From Eutreptiella sp. 'Long Island Sound 2002' (Eukaryota > Protista > Euglenida): 64,000 nucleotides of DNA. The notes beneath the pieces are model-generated. The model was not told the DNA's origin, made no database searches, and worked only from the letters and a program-made list of their open reading frames with translations. A program made the translations under genes and the position numbers. This document shows positions 35,801-48,018 of this stretch, piece after piece (position 1 is the stretch's first letter; each line of letters opens with the position of its first letter). Where the stretch lies: contig OZ038378.1 of the NCBI GenBank assembly GCA_964036045.1, positions 175,770,001-175,834,000 on the forward strand, read 5' to 3'.

Positions 35801-38800
35801 TGAAATCGGTCATTTTGTGAATGGAGGGGCACTTCTGAAGGATCTCACCAACTTCACGAGGCTTGCTGCGATCAAAACTGTGAGGAGATGAATCGCGGCG
35901 ACATTGGACCCAACAACAAATCAACAACCACTAAACCACAACGGTCGTCACGTTGCAAACACCAAAATGAAGACATGGGGCGCCATCGTTTGTTTATGGA
36001 TGGCGGACCAAAGTGGCCCAAAAAGGAGCCAAATAAAAGCAAATGCCACCCATTTACTGACGTTGAATACCTGCATCTCTGAGGGTGGCCCAGGATCCCG
36101 CACTGGGCCTGCAAAACTCATGTGACCAACCGTCGCTTGACAATCAAAGACAAGCTACCAGATGTCAGGGGTTTTTCTCCTTTTAAAGCGTTCTGTGTTG
36201 TCCTGCCTGTAGATGTCAGTATTGTCGTCACTGTTGTGTTGTCATCGTTGATATTCTTGCTGCTGCTGCTGTTGTTGCTGTTGCTGTTGTGCTGTGTCGT
36301 TGTCATTGCGCTGTGCTGCAAAACCTTTGATCATCAGTTCCCAGAACTTTCGAGGCAACTTCCTGCAAACACCACGGACCGGGGACACAAGCCTGCAAAT
36401 GCTCAAAAGCAGGACCTCATTTTCACCACTTTTCCCTGAGCATTCGTCACCGAGGTCTCCACACTGGGAAATGGCTCGAAATGCTTCGCGCTGAAAGAGG
36501 CTGCCGTAGTCATCATGATGACCAGATCACAGGCTTGAGGTGACCGCAGAATTTCATTTTCAACGTTGATGCCCAGACCTGCAGAGGGTAAGGAAGTGAT
36601 ATCGTGGGTTGACAACTGTTGTTGATCAAAAGCTCGCGGCATACACAGTGCCACACAACTTGCAGGCGGTGCAGTAGATCGAACGAAACACGGACACTGG
36701 GTATGCCGGCATTAAATACGAATAGGAATGGCGTAAGGCACCCGATGGGCGTCCCCTTTCTCCACGTCCAAATCTGTTTGATGCCCTCACCTGAATGGAG
36801 TGGCAACAGCTTCCCGCATCCCCTGTCAGCCAATATCCCAAGGAAGGATTGCTGCCTCTCGTCCATAGGCTGCTCAGGAATTGATGTCTCTGCCGCTGCT
36901 GCAGATTTGCAGCTTTCTTTACAATGGGTCCATTAATTTTCTGACCCCAGTAAGCCCCCCACTGACCCTTTTGTCTGACCTTCCTTCCCCTTGCATGCGC
37001 ACCCACACTTGAGGTCTGTGGAGTGGAGAGGTCTGGTGCATCATGCTTGTCCCTTGAGCAACTGTGCCTCTGTCCTGTTTCTATTCATCCACCCCAATAC
37101 ATTCAAAAAAAAAAAAGAACCAAGTATTGCTGTCACATGGAGCCAGTGGGGAACGTTGTCACACAGCATCCTGTTTTCGTGGGGTACCTCCTTCGGACCA
37201 TGTCTGCAGCCGTGGGAAAAGTGCGCCTTGAGGTTGTGCCTCAGGGACCACTGCATCCAGCTTCTCCTGGGTGTTTGGCAAATTTGGCAAATCTCAGAAC
37301 TCTCATTGTCTATGGGTGGGAAGCTGTGCAGATTGCCGAGATGCTGTATTGGAGGCGTCTGTGCTGCTTGCTGCTCTCCGGTTGGCATGTGAACAGCTGA
37401 AATAGTGGTTGATATGCCAATGGCTGAAAATTACAGTGGCCATGGGAGCCAACAGTAAAGCAGTTGAGATAAAGCAGTTGAGATAAAGCAGTTGAGACAG
37501 TGGCTACCACAGCGTAGAAGAGGGGGTCAATGCATTCATTGCCAACTGCTGCTGCATGCTCCAGATCCTCAGGCAAACATACATACCCATATTTGTGAAC
37601 TGGAAATTGCATAAATCATCGGAGCACACCACCGGTTTCAGCAATTGAATCGGATGTGGTTTATCACAGACAATGCAGTAGCGTGTGGACACTTCCATGC
37701 GCTGCTTTACATATCGCAGTGTCAACAGCAACAGATTGGATGTGTTTTCGTCAAGTGTCACCGATTTGCGCTTTTTCTTGACCTCCGCCTTTAACTTGTT
37801 CTTTTTGTCTTCATCAAATAGCAACTCCGTTGCACAATCCAAGTGATTGCCTGATTGCTTCAGGGCCAGAATGGCAACCTGTGCACAACAGACAATGAAA
37901 ACCCCAGCAGGCACAGAATTCCCCCAACCTGCATACAAACCGCCCGCCCACAACCCTGCCATCCCACCTACAGCCTTCCACATCTAAAGCCTTCCCCACC
38001 AGTAAACTCCCACACCAGGGGAATTCTTAAACGAAATAAAGAGGCCCTTGGCAAAAAGGCGCACCCCAAGGGTGCAAAAAAAAAAAGAGGGGAGGTGGTC
38101 ATTGGGGGTAAAGAAAAGAAAAGACGCCTTAAAAGCCACCCTGTCCCTGCAACACCCCCCCCACATTCTTTAGCCTCCCACCACCTTTCATGCCAACCTG
38201 CCAATGACCCCCACCCTGAACCACCCTGTCAGTGTTCTATCGCGGTGCCTGTGCCCAGCGTGCAGTCTGAACGGTAAAATTCAGACTCTTTGGTACAGGC
38301 TCAACCATCCTAAAACAAGGCGCGAACCCCCATATTGGTTCATACCCTCTGTTTCCCCTTGATCACCTCACTGTGTTGTTTATGAAACTGAGAACAACCC
38401 CCAAGCAGAGGAAATTAGCTGCAATGCACACTGGCAACACAAAAAGCAACCAACTACAGAAATGTGCTCATTGATCTGTTGACACCATCAGTTTGTATAA
38501 AAGACTACCAATCTAGGGAGTAAGACCTTGGCTTTCACATCTCCTGCTGTATTGGGGCGACATATTGGAATCTTGGCAACATGTCCCTTGCTGTGACAGG
38601 ACCACAAAGTGGAATCCAGCGACCTATTGCCTGCCATATGGGGCCAAGTGCCCTCAGTGGCACCATGGCCCTGTGCCATGGCCACACCACAAAAAAGGAT
38701 GGATTGTGGTTTTAGATCCCTGCCGTTGTTGGGCCTCACTAACCAATGATGGGGTCCTGGGTGCTACCTCAAGGTTTCCTTGATCGGCCCCCCTAAGGGT

Positions 38801-41800
38801 CCCCACCGCTAAGGACTTCGCCGTTTTCAAGCCGGCATGGGTTGGCTGAAAATGTGCAATTTTTGGTTGACCTCCGACAACCCCTGGGTAGCCTTGAGCT
38901 GTTGTTGGGTGATCATTCGGTTAAAACGGGTGTAGGGATGAATCCATGGGGAGCCATGACGGTGATGGATCTGATGGATGATTGCAAAATCAGCCACTTG
39001 GAGGTTGATTGCTCGGGGCAGATTCTCTGCAAAGTGGACTTGCCGAAGTAGAATTCTGGGGTGACCCCCAACAACCCCTAGGGGCCCTGTAGCTGTTATT
39101 GGGTGATCATTTGGTGACATATGGGGTTCCATACAAACCCATGGGGAGCCATGTAGCACCATCTAGGCGTCTATTGGTTTTTGTTGGCCTTTACAACGCC
39201 GCTTTGGGTTGTTTAGGTGTGTAGTTGTTGATGATGGTGGATGATCCCAAAATTGGATTTGCTCCATCTGAAGCATATCCAATTTGTCCAACTATGCTTG
39301 CATTACTCTTAAATAGACCTCATACGACGTTGAAAGTGAGGTTTGCCTTTGGAACCGAAAATTGTGACCCTGATTGGGGGTGGGATGATGGATGATGATA
39401 ATGGAGGATCCCCAAATGGGAGATGCCGATTTTGGAGCAATTCCAAAAACTGCTTAGAGATATATGTTTGCAATAGCCTACAATGGACCTATTATGATGT
39501 TGGGTTTGGTATGAAAATAATTTTTGCGTTGAGACGATGATGGATGAAACCAAAATCGGAAATGTTGACTCCCTAGTTTGAACAAACATTTCATTTTGGA
39601 TTGTTCGCACCAGTACAAATTGGAGGTGCTTGATGTTGGTTTGGTATGAAATTGAGTGTTGCCTTGAGAATCTAGAATCGTAACCCTGATTGGGGGTGGG
39701 ATGATGGAGGATGATGACAGAGGATCCCCAATTCTAGGTGCTGAATCGAAAGCAATCCCAAAAATCGCTTTTACCAATACACGTGCAATGGTCTAGAATG
39801 GACCTATTGTGACGTTGGCTTGGTGTGAAAATAAATTTTGTGTTGAGAATCTACAATCGTGACCCTGATGGGGGATTGAATGATGCCGGAGCTAACGGTG
39901 GATGAACCCAATATGGAAAATGCTAACTCCCCGGTACAAAAAACCACTTATACTGAACCTTGAGAATCTAAAATAGTGACCCTGATTGGGGGTGGGATGA
40001 TGGATGATGATGGTAGAGGATCCCCAAGTTAGAGATGCTGAATTTGGAGCAATTCCAAAAACCGACCTATTATGTGGACCTATTATGACGTTGGTTTGGT
40101 GTGAAAGTAAGCCTTGCCTTGAGATTCCAAAATTGTGACCCTGATTGGGAATTGGATGATGCCTGAAGCTGATGAAGGATGAACCCAAAATTGGAAATGC
40201 CGACCCTCCAATTTGAAAAATTACTTACAGTAGACTATTTGCAACATTACAAAATTGAGCTGTTTCAACTAGGGTTTTGCTTACCCACGGGGGGGGGGGG
40301 GTTAATTCGGGGACCCACCCACCCAGAATTTTGGCATACCCACAGACTGACAAATGTCCCCCCCCCCCACGGGGGGGGGGGTCTGACACCCACCCACCCA
40401 CCCACCCACCCACCCACCCACGTACCCAGCTGAGACATGCAATACAGCAACCTAGCCCCTTTATGGGCGTGGGGCAGACACAGCAACTGTGGGGTTCTAG
40501 CGTTGCCCCCTTCGCATCCAACACAAACCAGCAAGCAACCTAGCCCCTTTATGGGCGTGGGGCAGACACAGCAACTGTGGGGTTTTAGCGTTGCCCCCTT
40601 CGCATTTGACACAAATGACAGTGCATCCTAGCCCCTTTATGGGCGTGGGGCATGCACACGTGATATGCAATGCCATGTAAACACACCATAAATAAACATG
40701 TTACATGGAACCTGCAACAGAAGAAAGAAAGAAGTGGCACTGGCTCGATAGACCCAAGGGCCCCCACAGAGTCCCACCCCACCCCGGGGGGGGGGGGGTT
40801 GGACACCCACCCACCCTGAAATTCTGCCAGACCCACCCACCCCCCCACCCCCCGTGGGGTAGGACGGACACTAAGCAAAAGCCTGGTTTCAACGCTTGTT
40901 TGGTGTGAAAGTGGGTATTGCTGTGAGAATCTAAAATGGTGACCTTGATTGGGGGTGGCATGCTGGATGATGATGACAAATTGGAGATGCTGAATCTCAA
41001 CCAATTCCAAAAAGCAGTAATACGTCAATGTTTGCAACAGTCTAGAATGGACCTGTTCTGACATTTGTTTGCTGTGAAAATGAGTTTTGCCTTTAGAATT
41101 GAACATCATCCCTGAATCGCAAATGCTGAATGTGAGCTGTTTCCAAAAAAACCAATCTGAATCGTTTTAGAAACCGGATATACCTATCCTCACATTGGTT
41201 TGTCGCAACAATGAGTTTTGGCCTTAGATGATGGATTATGTTGATGGATGTGGAGGATTTTTGGGACATGGGGTTCCAACCACACCCGAGAGTTTGTAGC
41301 ACTCAAGGGAAATCTGGACCTACCTGACACCCTCAGGAAGCGTTCAGGCAGGGATGGTATCACTGTTCGTGGGGGTACAGTGGTAGGTCATGGTTTGGGA
41401 AATTATGTAGCGCAAGGTGACAGCACATCTCTGATTCCTCTCCGGTAAATTTGAAGGGGCTGGTTGACAACCAATTGCACTACTCAGTGCCCCTGCTTCA
41501 TCTGGATATTACCACTGGAAACTAAATGGTCTGTTTGAAAATCTGTGTGTTACCCACATGCAGAGTGCAGGAACCTGCACATCAAAGGTGCCTGTTGTCC
41601 TCTTGCCCCCAGTAAGAGCGTGCGACCCGGTTCAAAGAAGCATTCAGCGGAGAACTTGATTGATTTTTTGTGAAGAAAAATCCAGAAGCAGAGGTTAGCG
41701 GTTGGCCATCAATCAACAGGGGTCAACTGTCGACTGCCAGCGGTTGTCAATTGATGAAAGAATGTTGACCGCAGTTGGCAGTTCCGTTGGGGCAGTCAGT

Positions 41801-44800
41801 GCTGAAGTTGCATTTTGAATATGAAGGCGGCCCTTCAAGCCCACTTTATGGGAATGGTGTACACGGGGTATGGTGTCCACCCCGGAACCAGGTATGCATA
41901 TGTGCATACATCCATACGTGTACAGCGCACTCCCTATTCAACCATTGCAGAGTCCCGTACTTGAAGGAAATCCCTGGTAAATGGTTGAGTGGTGGGCAGA
42001 CCATGAGACACCGAATCCCCAGGTGCAATTCCAAGGTGCAGGACTCCCGTGGGAGAGCATGCGTCTTTGCAGAAGCGCAGAAGTGCACACCTCACGAGGC
42101 ACAGCATGAATCTCCATCAGGGACCGGATGCCAGGTGCAGAGGCCACGCTATTCCTCTCCTGCAACTTCTGCATCATTTTCTCCTGTGCAGCTGCTAATT
42201 CCGTCCAGTGCCCTGACAAGTACTCTGATAAGCGCTGCTCCAGCGTCCACCACAACCCAAAGTGCTGGCACTCAGAGATCACGAGTTTCGAAAAATCCTA
42301 CATACCAGAGGGTGCCAGCAGGGGACACGCAGAAGGCGACGGGAGGAGGAACCAGGGTGGGGGCGGGAGACAGATGGAGGAAGGAGGTCAAAGACGATGA
42401 AGATGAGTATAAGCATGAGAATCTATAAAATGGAGAAGAGGGGGCCGAAAGATGGACGTAGTTTTGCAAAGAGGCGGGCGGAGGCAGAGGAAAGGGAGGA
42501 ATGGCAGGAGGCGGACGCGGAGAGGGAACAGGGAGGAGAATAGGGAGCAGGAAAGCAGGAGGAGGAGGTGGGAGGCGACGACGATGACGACAAGACTGGG
42601 AAGCGGAAATACATAGACGTACACGGACTGGGAGGAGTGGCTGTATTGTGAGCACAGTGCACACAGTGCGCACTCCCCGCGTCTATTGGCTGACAGCCAA
42701 CTTTGTCCTGATCTGTCACATGGCGCTGGCATTTTTTGCCATTTTGAATGACACCGCAAAATTCTGGACTCCAGCAACATTGCCCACTGTTGGCAACTGC
42801 ACCGTGGGCACACCGTACAAGCCCCCCCCTTTTGCGCACCATACCCAGGCATTGCACGAGGCAGAGAGATGTGCTGGTAGACGCAGGTCGAACAGGCACA
42901 CCTTTTTGGATGTTTGGCGGATGAAGACGTGCTTCTGCTTCACGTTGGGGCAACAGGCACCATAAACCGGGGGGTCAGTGAAAACGAGTTTGATGGCAAT
43001 AGAACGCGCAGGATCCAGGCCACAGGCATAGAGCAGGTCAGTCCTCATGCCTGCCAAAGGAAACCCGATCCAGCAGGAGCACTCAATGCTATTGATATCA
43101 TAGCCGGCATAGAACCCATGCTCTTTGGCTTCATCAATGTCCTGAAGATGCATTGCAACAGGATATCAGACCCACCTGACAGAACCGAACAACCGCCCGT
43201 TGGAGCCAATGTAACCCGAACCCTAACCCGAACCCCAACCACAACCGATGAACAAAAAGCAAGGTGAGGTCTACATATCTCTGATTGTCAATGCCAAAAA
43301 AAATAGCCAAACCTGTAACCGGCAGGAGTGACTGCCTTGGGAGGAACCAACCAATCTACTGACAGAGCCCACAGCCCAAACAACGGAAAACTACGGACCA
43401 CCAGGGGTGGCAATGCTCACCACTACCATTGTTTGCTGGCAACCTTCTGCCTCTGGGCATGCCATTGGCTGAAGGGTGCTAAAGGGAAGCCAGCCTTCTC
43501 CTCAAAGGGTTGTTGGAGGGACGCTGGTTGATGTTTCCGCTCGATACCACTGAGATTGTGATTTCAGACATATGACAGAGGAAGGATTGCGCTATCAGAG
43601 GGACAACCTGTTCCTGCCCCTAGGGTCCGACACTGTCGAGCACCAGTGGCCAAGCCGTGTCCACTCCATCGGTCTGGTGGGCATGTGGCGGGCAGTCTGC
43701 GATCTATTGTTGTTGCGGTTGCTGTTGCTGTTGTGGTTACCGTTGCCGGTGCCATTCACAACATTACTTGGCCTTGGCACTTGGACTACTACTCGACCAT
43801 GACCTCTATTTACTCCCCAATAGCAGGCCCCCTTCTACAGGCACGATGCTGTCAGTCCCGTATACAGAGAGTCCCATTTGCAATGCGGTCCTTTATGTTC
43901 TCGGATGCAACGGAACATCTGGCCTCATCGATGGCATTTGCAGAGTTGCAATTCGGTTCCCGTCTTCCCTTTTTGGTCTGGGGCTAACCAGGGGGCCCAG
44001 ACTGCTGTATGGACCCCCAAGGAGACAGCTCCGAAAATCACCCGAACCAAAAACTTCTCAAACGAAAAGGTTCCGCTGAATTTCAGATACACGATACTTT
44101 TCTTGCCTCCCTCGTCGTACAGATTCCAAAAATATCACAGAAAAAATTTCGCCGCACCACCATCGCGCTCGACAAGGATTAATGAGGGCTGGAGAGCAGT
44201 GTAAAACGCGCGGCTTATCATTGTTTCCATGGAGTGCTTTCAAATGCTGCAGTTGAGGTGGGACCAATGGAGCTCATGAACACCGGGGCACAGTCAGTCT
44301 ATTCACTGGAGCACAGTCACTATATCTCTCGGGGACATCCGGTTTCATGCCAACACGGAGCGTTTTCAGGGGTTGGTGCCTTTGTGGCCTCATTTGTGCC
44401 CGCTGAGTGTCCGGTTGGGGGGGGTATGTGGGTCATATTCGGAAAGCCCTTGAAAAGGGCTATTCGGAACACCCCAGGTTTGCATGCTGTGCTAACGACA
44501 TGTTTGAGATTTTTGTCCGCTTTGGACGGTGCCTGTGTTGCCCGCTGCCTATTTTTGTTAACAGGCAGCCACCATGTCGTCATACAAATTCACACAACGT
44601 GCTGTTGCTTCCCCTGATGCGCCACTGCAACCTTTGGTGCGAAAAAGAGCGCGCTCTGCGGGTGAAAATTGGGTGCGGGTGACCCGGCAGCCTAACCCGC
44701 GCGCCAAAAAGCCTCGTACAGGTGGGTCACAGCAGCCTGCATGCGACCACGCAGAGCACGACATTTTATCCACTACTGAGGCCGCGGCTTTTGCAGCCCA

Positions 44801-46578
44801 GTTTTGGGATAAAAAGACTCACCCCACCAAGGCTTCGCAACAAGAATTTCTGGCTACCTGCATCGACGTCAATTTGGAGCAAAATGTGAAACATGCAGGT
44901 CGCCAGAAGTACACCAGGAAGAGGGGGCACCAGACAACGTATTTTGTACCGTACCGTGGGTCGCGGCGACAAATTTGTAAGTCCCAGTTCCTCCACTATT
45001 TCAAAATCAGTCGCATCGTTGTGGAGTCTGTGGCCAAAGCCAAAGCAGCCGCGGCCGTTGCCACCCCCCTGAGTCCCATGAGGAGTCCACAGAAACAGGC
45101 CGTGGGCAACACCCGGCGAGCCGCCCCGGTCAAATTGAGGTTTGAGAAATTTCTGCAGGGCCTGCCGCAAGCTGAGAACCGTTTCAGCGACGCCGCACGT
45201 GCAAACACGGACACGGTGCATTTGGCCCCAGTCGGTGGACGCCGCGCTTCCCCATATAATGTTTGGATCCACTGGCTGCAAAACGAGGAGCCGGACCAGT
45301 TTGCAAAGCGAGGCAAAGCAGATTTCCAGCCTCAGATTTCACTCAATGCCTCTGAATTCAGGGTGGGTACCGGTAAAGAGCCGCAGGTTGCAGGATTGGC
45401 AAAAGCTGAAAAAATATGTTCCTAACAATAAGCATGGTGATGTCTGCCCAAATGGGGTCCCAGCCCTGCCTGAAAATGACGATTCGGAATAAGCAAGTGT
45501 GAAACATTCAGTGCATGTTTGCGTGCCGACTTTGCAGCAACCTGGGGTCGAAAATCGTGCGAACACCGAAAAGTTTGGCCTCGATGCTCAAAAATATCGT
45601 CAGCTACCCCCCCCTAACCCATGCATTTCTGAAATGGCCTTTTCTCACAGAATTCAAAAAGTACACACATACCCCCCCCTACGGAATGAAATTTTGGTGC
45701 TCTGGACGAAAAATGGAGAAAACCCTGAAAATACACGAATTTGCTCCGCGTTGGCATATTCTGAATGTCCCCGAGAGATATTGATACCTCTATATTGACT
45801 CTCCTACTTTTGTGGCGTCTCATATGAAGGAGGGTTTGAGCCTGTTCAGGCCTAATCCACTGTTTTGGTGAGCAGTGGGCAGCGAAGTTCGGGCACTCCA
45901 GTGCAGAATCTACCCCCTCACTCATTGCACCCGCGTCTCCTTTAATTTCTGAAGGTGAACGCATGGGTTGTGCCTCAAAGGCACCGGTGTCCGCCAGTGG
46001 TGTCAATTGGGGGCTTGTTGCAATTTTTGCACAAGGGTTGGCCCGAGGCCATGCGGCCCAAGCGAGACCTGACACTGACCCCACCCATGCGGCAAACGAC
46101 CAATTGCATTCCTTGCTTCTGTTTTTTCTTGCTGAAAAACTGAGAGACACATGGTACCGAGAAACTGCTGGGCGTACACTGGAAGCAGGCGGCAGTAGCA
46201 TGCACAACACAGCGGTCCCTCCATGTCGAAGACACGTTCCCGGCACTGGGGAGATAGCACTGTTGGGCCACGACATGTACCATCAGTTTAGCGGGAGAAG
46301 CGGCGCGCCGACCCCAGCGAAAAATGGCTGATGTCGCATGTGTTTCTTTTTGACGTGCGTGGGCCGACTGCATGGGACTGCGCTCCCTTCCGTGGGCAAT
46401 GTGGCTCAGAAAGCTTCCGTACCTCTTCCAGCAAAAGTTGGGCAATGTCGTTTTGGTTCTGATCGTGAGAAGTGCCGGACAGAGCATAATCGTCGTCATC
46501 CAGAATGTCGTCGTCGTCGTCGTCTGGATACGGATAGTCGTCATCATCATCGTAATCCAAGTCCTCGTCATCGGACAT
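29818..46578 (-). CDS. PARP6/8-like: PARP6/PARP8-like mono-ADP-ribosyltransferase with UBA-like insertion (~624 aa)
   Basis: Exons (-): 46578-46423, 43141-42902, 42297-42091, 37878-37587, 36578-36416, 35877-35726, 34418-34186, 33156-32908, 30910-30818, 29907-29818 = 1875 nt, all GT-AG and phase-consistent. Motifs YCIVCDKPH..LKPVVCSDDLC, FEPFPS, LLRWII.TNR, HQFLL.S.PP.KE, AFHGSG..NWHSIIR.GL, HGAVYG.GIY, IALCEV, VATRYLFLY. The last exon is the least certain. Confidence 0.9.
32096..32220. repeat. 21-22-bp tandem minisatellite AACCGATGGCGGTTGGTGTGT
   Basis: About 6 units; related AACCGCC/GGCGGTT motifs occur at ~30005-30070, 35305-35330 and 41700-41780. Confidence 0.85.
33615..33830. repeat. Diverged minisatellite (~40-60-bp units)
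   Basis: Recurrent AATCAAAATGG...CCCCTGCCTTCT..GGG units, about 4 copies. Confidence 0.6.
39350..41240. repeat. Diverged satellite-like array (~150-300-bp units)
   Basis: AATTGTGACCCTGATTGGGGGTGGGATGATGGATGATG-type heads at ~39360, 39677, 39856, 39972, 40130 and 40935. Confidence 0.8.
40270..40885. mobile_element. 616-bp hAT-like MITE
   Basis: TIR TAGGGTTTTGCTTA / TAAGCAAAAGCCTG (12/14 match); exact 8-bp TSD GTTTCAAC (40262-40269, 40886-40893); TAG/CAG termini; internal ~90-bp tandem unit, 2 full copies plus a partial third. Confidence 0.85.
44326..45777 (+). mobile_element. Sola1-like DNA transposon, internally deleted (1452 bp), antisense in PARP intron 1
   Basis: TIR CTCTCGGGGACAT / ATGTCCCCGAGAG extending to ~40 bp imperfect; ATAT TSD (44322-44325, 45778-45781, AWWT type); contains transposase N-terminal ORF. 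Confidence 0.8.
44574..45425 (+). CDS. Truncated Sola-type transposase, N-terminal region only (283 aa)
   Basis: FW....QQEFL, TYFV..QICKSQFL.YF.IS and P..ENRF resemble the Sola N-terminal domain; AG acceptor plus GCCACCATG start. A separate C-terminal remnant (RRLQDWQKLKKYVP, ~45370-45492) lies in another frame; no catalytic core is seen. Confidence 0.6.
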   Translation: MSSYKFTQRAVASPDAPLQPLVRKRARSAGENWVRVTRQPNPRAKKPRTGGSQQPACDHAEHDILSTTEAAAFAAQFWDKKTHPTKASQQEFLATCIDVNLEQNVKHAGRQKYTRKRGHQTTYFVPYRGSRRQICKSQFLHYFKISRIVVESVAKAKAAAAVATPLSPMRSPQKQAVGNTRRAAPVKLRFEKFLQGLPQAENRFSDAARANTDTVHLAPVGGRRASPYNVWIHWLQNEEPDQFAKRGKADFQPQISLNASEFRVGTGKEPQVAGLAKAEKICS

Positions 46579-47283
46579 GATGCACCGTCTTCTGGGGCAC
46601 GGGGGGACAAAACCCTGAGGACCGAAACGGCACGCAGACTCTGTGGGCAGATACTTGTGTACTTGAAAACTTGTACACAGAACGTGGCAATCAAATTTGC
46701 AAACCCATTTGCAATTCCCACAAACCTTTCGTCACAGCAACTGCATGGGACAGCACCCAGACCGGGGCTGTCCTTGTGTTACAGCAAAAAGAAACCTGGT
46801 GGGATAGGCTAACTTGGAGCCAGTGTGCAAATGCATGTGTGTATGCAGCAAGGACACAAATGGTGCTTCCGCTCCATACAATGCTTCGGGTAGGCGTCTG
46901 TACAGTAACGCTTTGGGTATCCGAAGGGGTTTGATGTGTGACACCCTTCCCTTGGCAATGCAGGCCTTAGGCATCACCACAAGTGGCACTGGCCACCATG
47001 TCCTGCGTGAAACGACGGCCAACAAAACAATCACTTGAGGCTTGTGGACTGACGGGCTCCACGCATCTTCCTCCGTGGGGCTGTTGCAACTCTTGCCTGA
47101 AAAAGCGGTAGCGCCTTCCTGGATCCATTGCTCCATGCTTCATATACAACCTGTTGCGGACACAGTGGAAGATTCCACACCCTTACCCACCCCCACAATC
47201 CTAAACGACTGTCATACTGTCATAGTGCAAAGCTGCCTTCCTGATCTACTATCTCCCATCTACAATCTACTATCTCAAGAGTC

Positions 47284-47403
47284 TTTGTGCCACGAGCCGA
47301 ATATGTAGAATTTGGCGAAGAACTTTGTGCCACGAGCCGAATATGTAGAATTTGGCGAAGAATTTTGTGCCACGAGCCGAATATGTAGAATTTGGCGAAG
47401 AAT
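47284..47403. repeat. 40-bp unit x3 near-perfect tandem repeat
   Basis: TTTGTGCCACGAGCCGAATATGTAGAATTTGGCGAAGAA(C/T) three times with no spacers. Confidence 0.95.
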
Positions 47404-47973
47404 TTTCACGCAACTGCACACGGTAGATTGATGAATGAAAGAGGACATTGATCCAATTGGACCAGTCCCTATCGTGCAAATTGCATCGTGCGCCACGATC
47501 ATCGACTTGTATCCTGGCAAACCACAATCCGCAATTTGCAGCACATGAGCACACGAATGAGTATCAATAGCCCATCTGTCCCACGTGGTATTCCTTCCCG
47601 AACAAAGACCGTCAACCATAGGAGGAGGGCCGCGCTTCACCAGACCACCCCGCGTCCCTAGCAACCTCTGCTTTCACACGTGGATTCGGCTGCTGGAAGA
47701 AACATCATTTCATCCGGGATGGTGGCCCCAGACCCAACATGATGGGGTTGCTTTTCTGTTGGACTCCGCTGGCGTGCGGTTACCACTATTGCAGTAGATG
47801 TCCGGAACCTGGGCTGCACGTTTGGAGAGTTAATTCTTCTCGTGCTCTCGGGCTTGCGCCCATCGTTTTTGTGCAGCGCCAAGCGAAGAAACACACAAGC
47901 ACATTTCAGATCATGGATTCGTTCAATTTTCATTGGTCTCCACTGCATTGTTCTCTGGGGGCAGGGATTGTCT

Positions 47974-48018
47974 GTCCGTCCGTCCGTCCGTCCGTCCGTC
48001 CGTCCGTCCGTCCGTCCG
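47974..48018. repeat. (GTCC)n microsatellite
   Basis: About 11 consecutive GTCC units. Confidence 0.95.

Noticed and set aside
43595-43780. Asn-rich ORF as an extra PARP exon
   Set aside because: Its phase is incompatible; exon 1 joins 43141 directly and sensibly (LLLEE|DIDEAK).
47284-47403. CRISPR-like array
   Set aside because: The units abut with no unique spacers, the context is eukaryotic and no cas genes are present.
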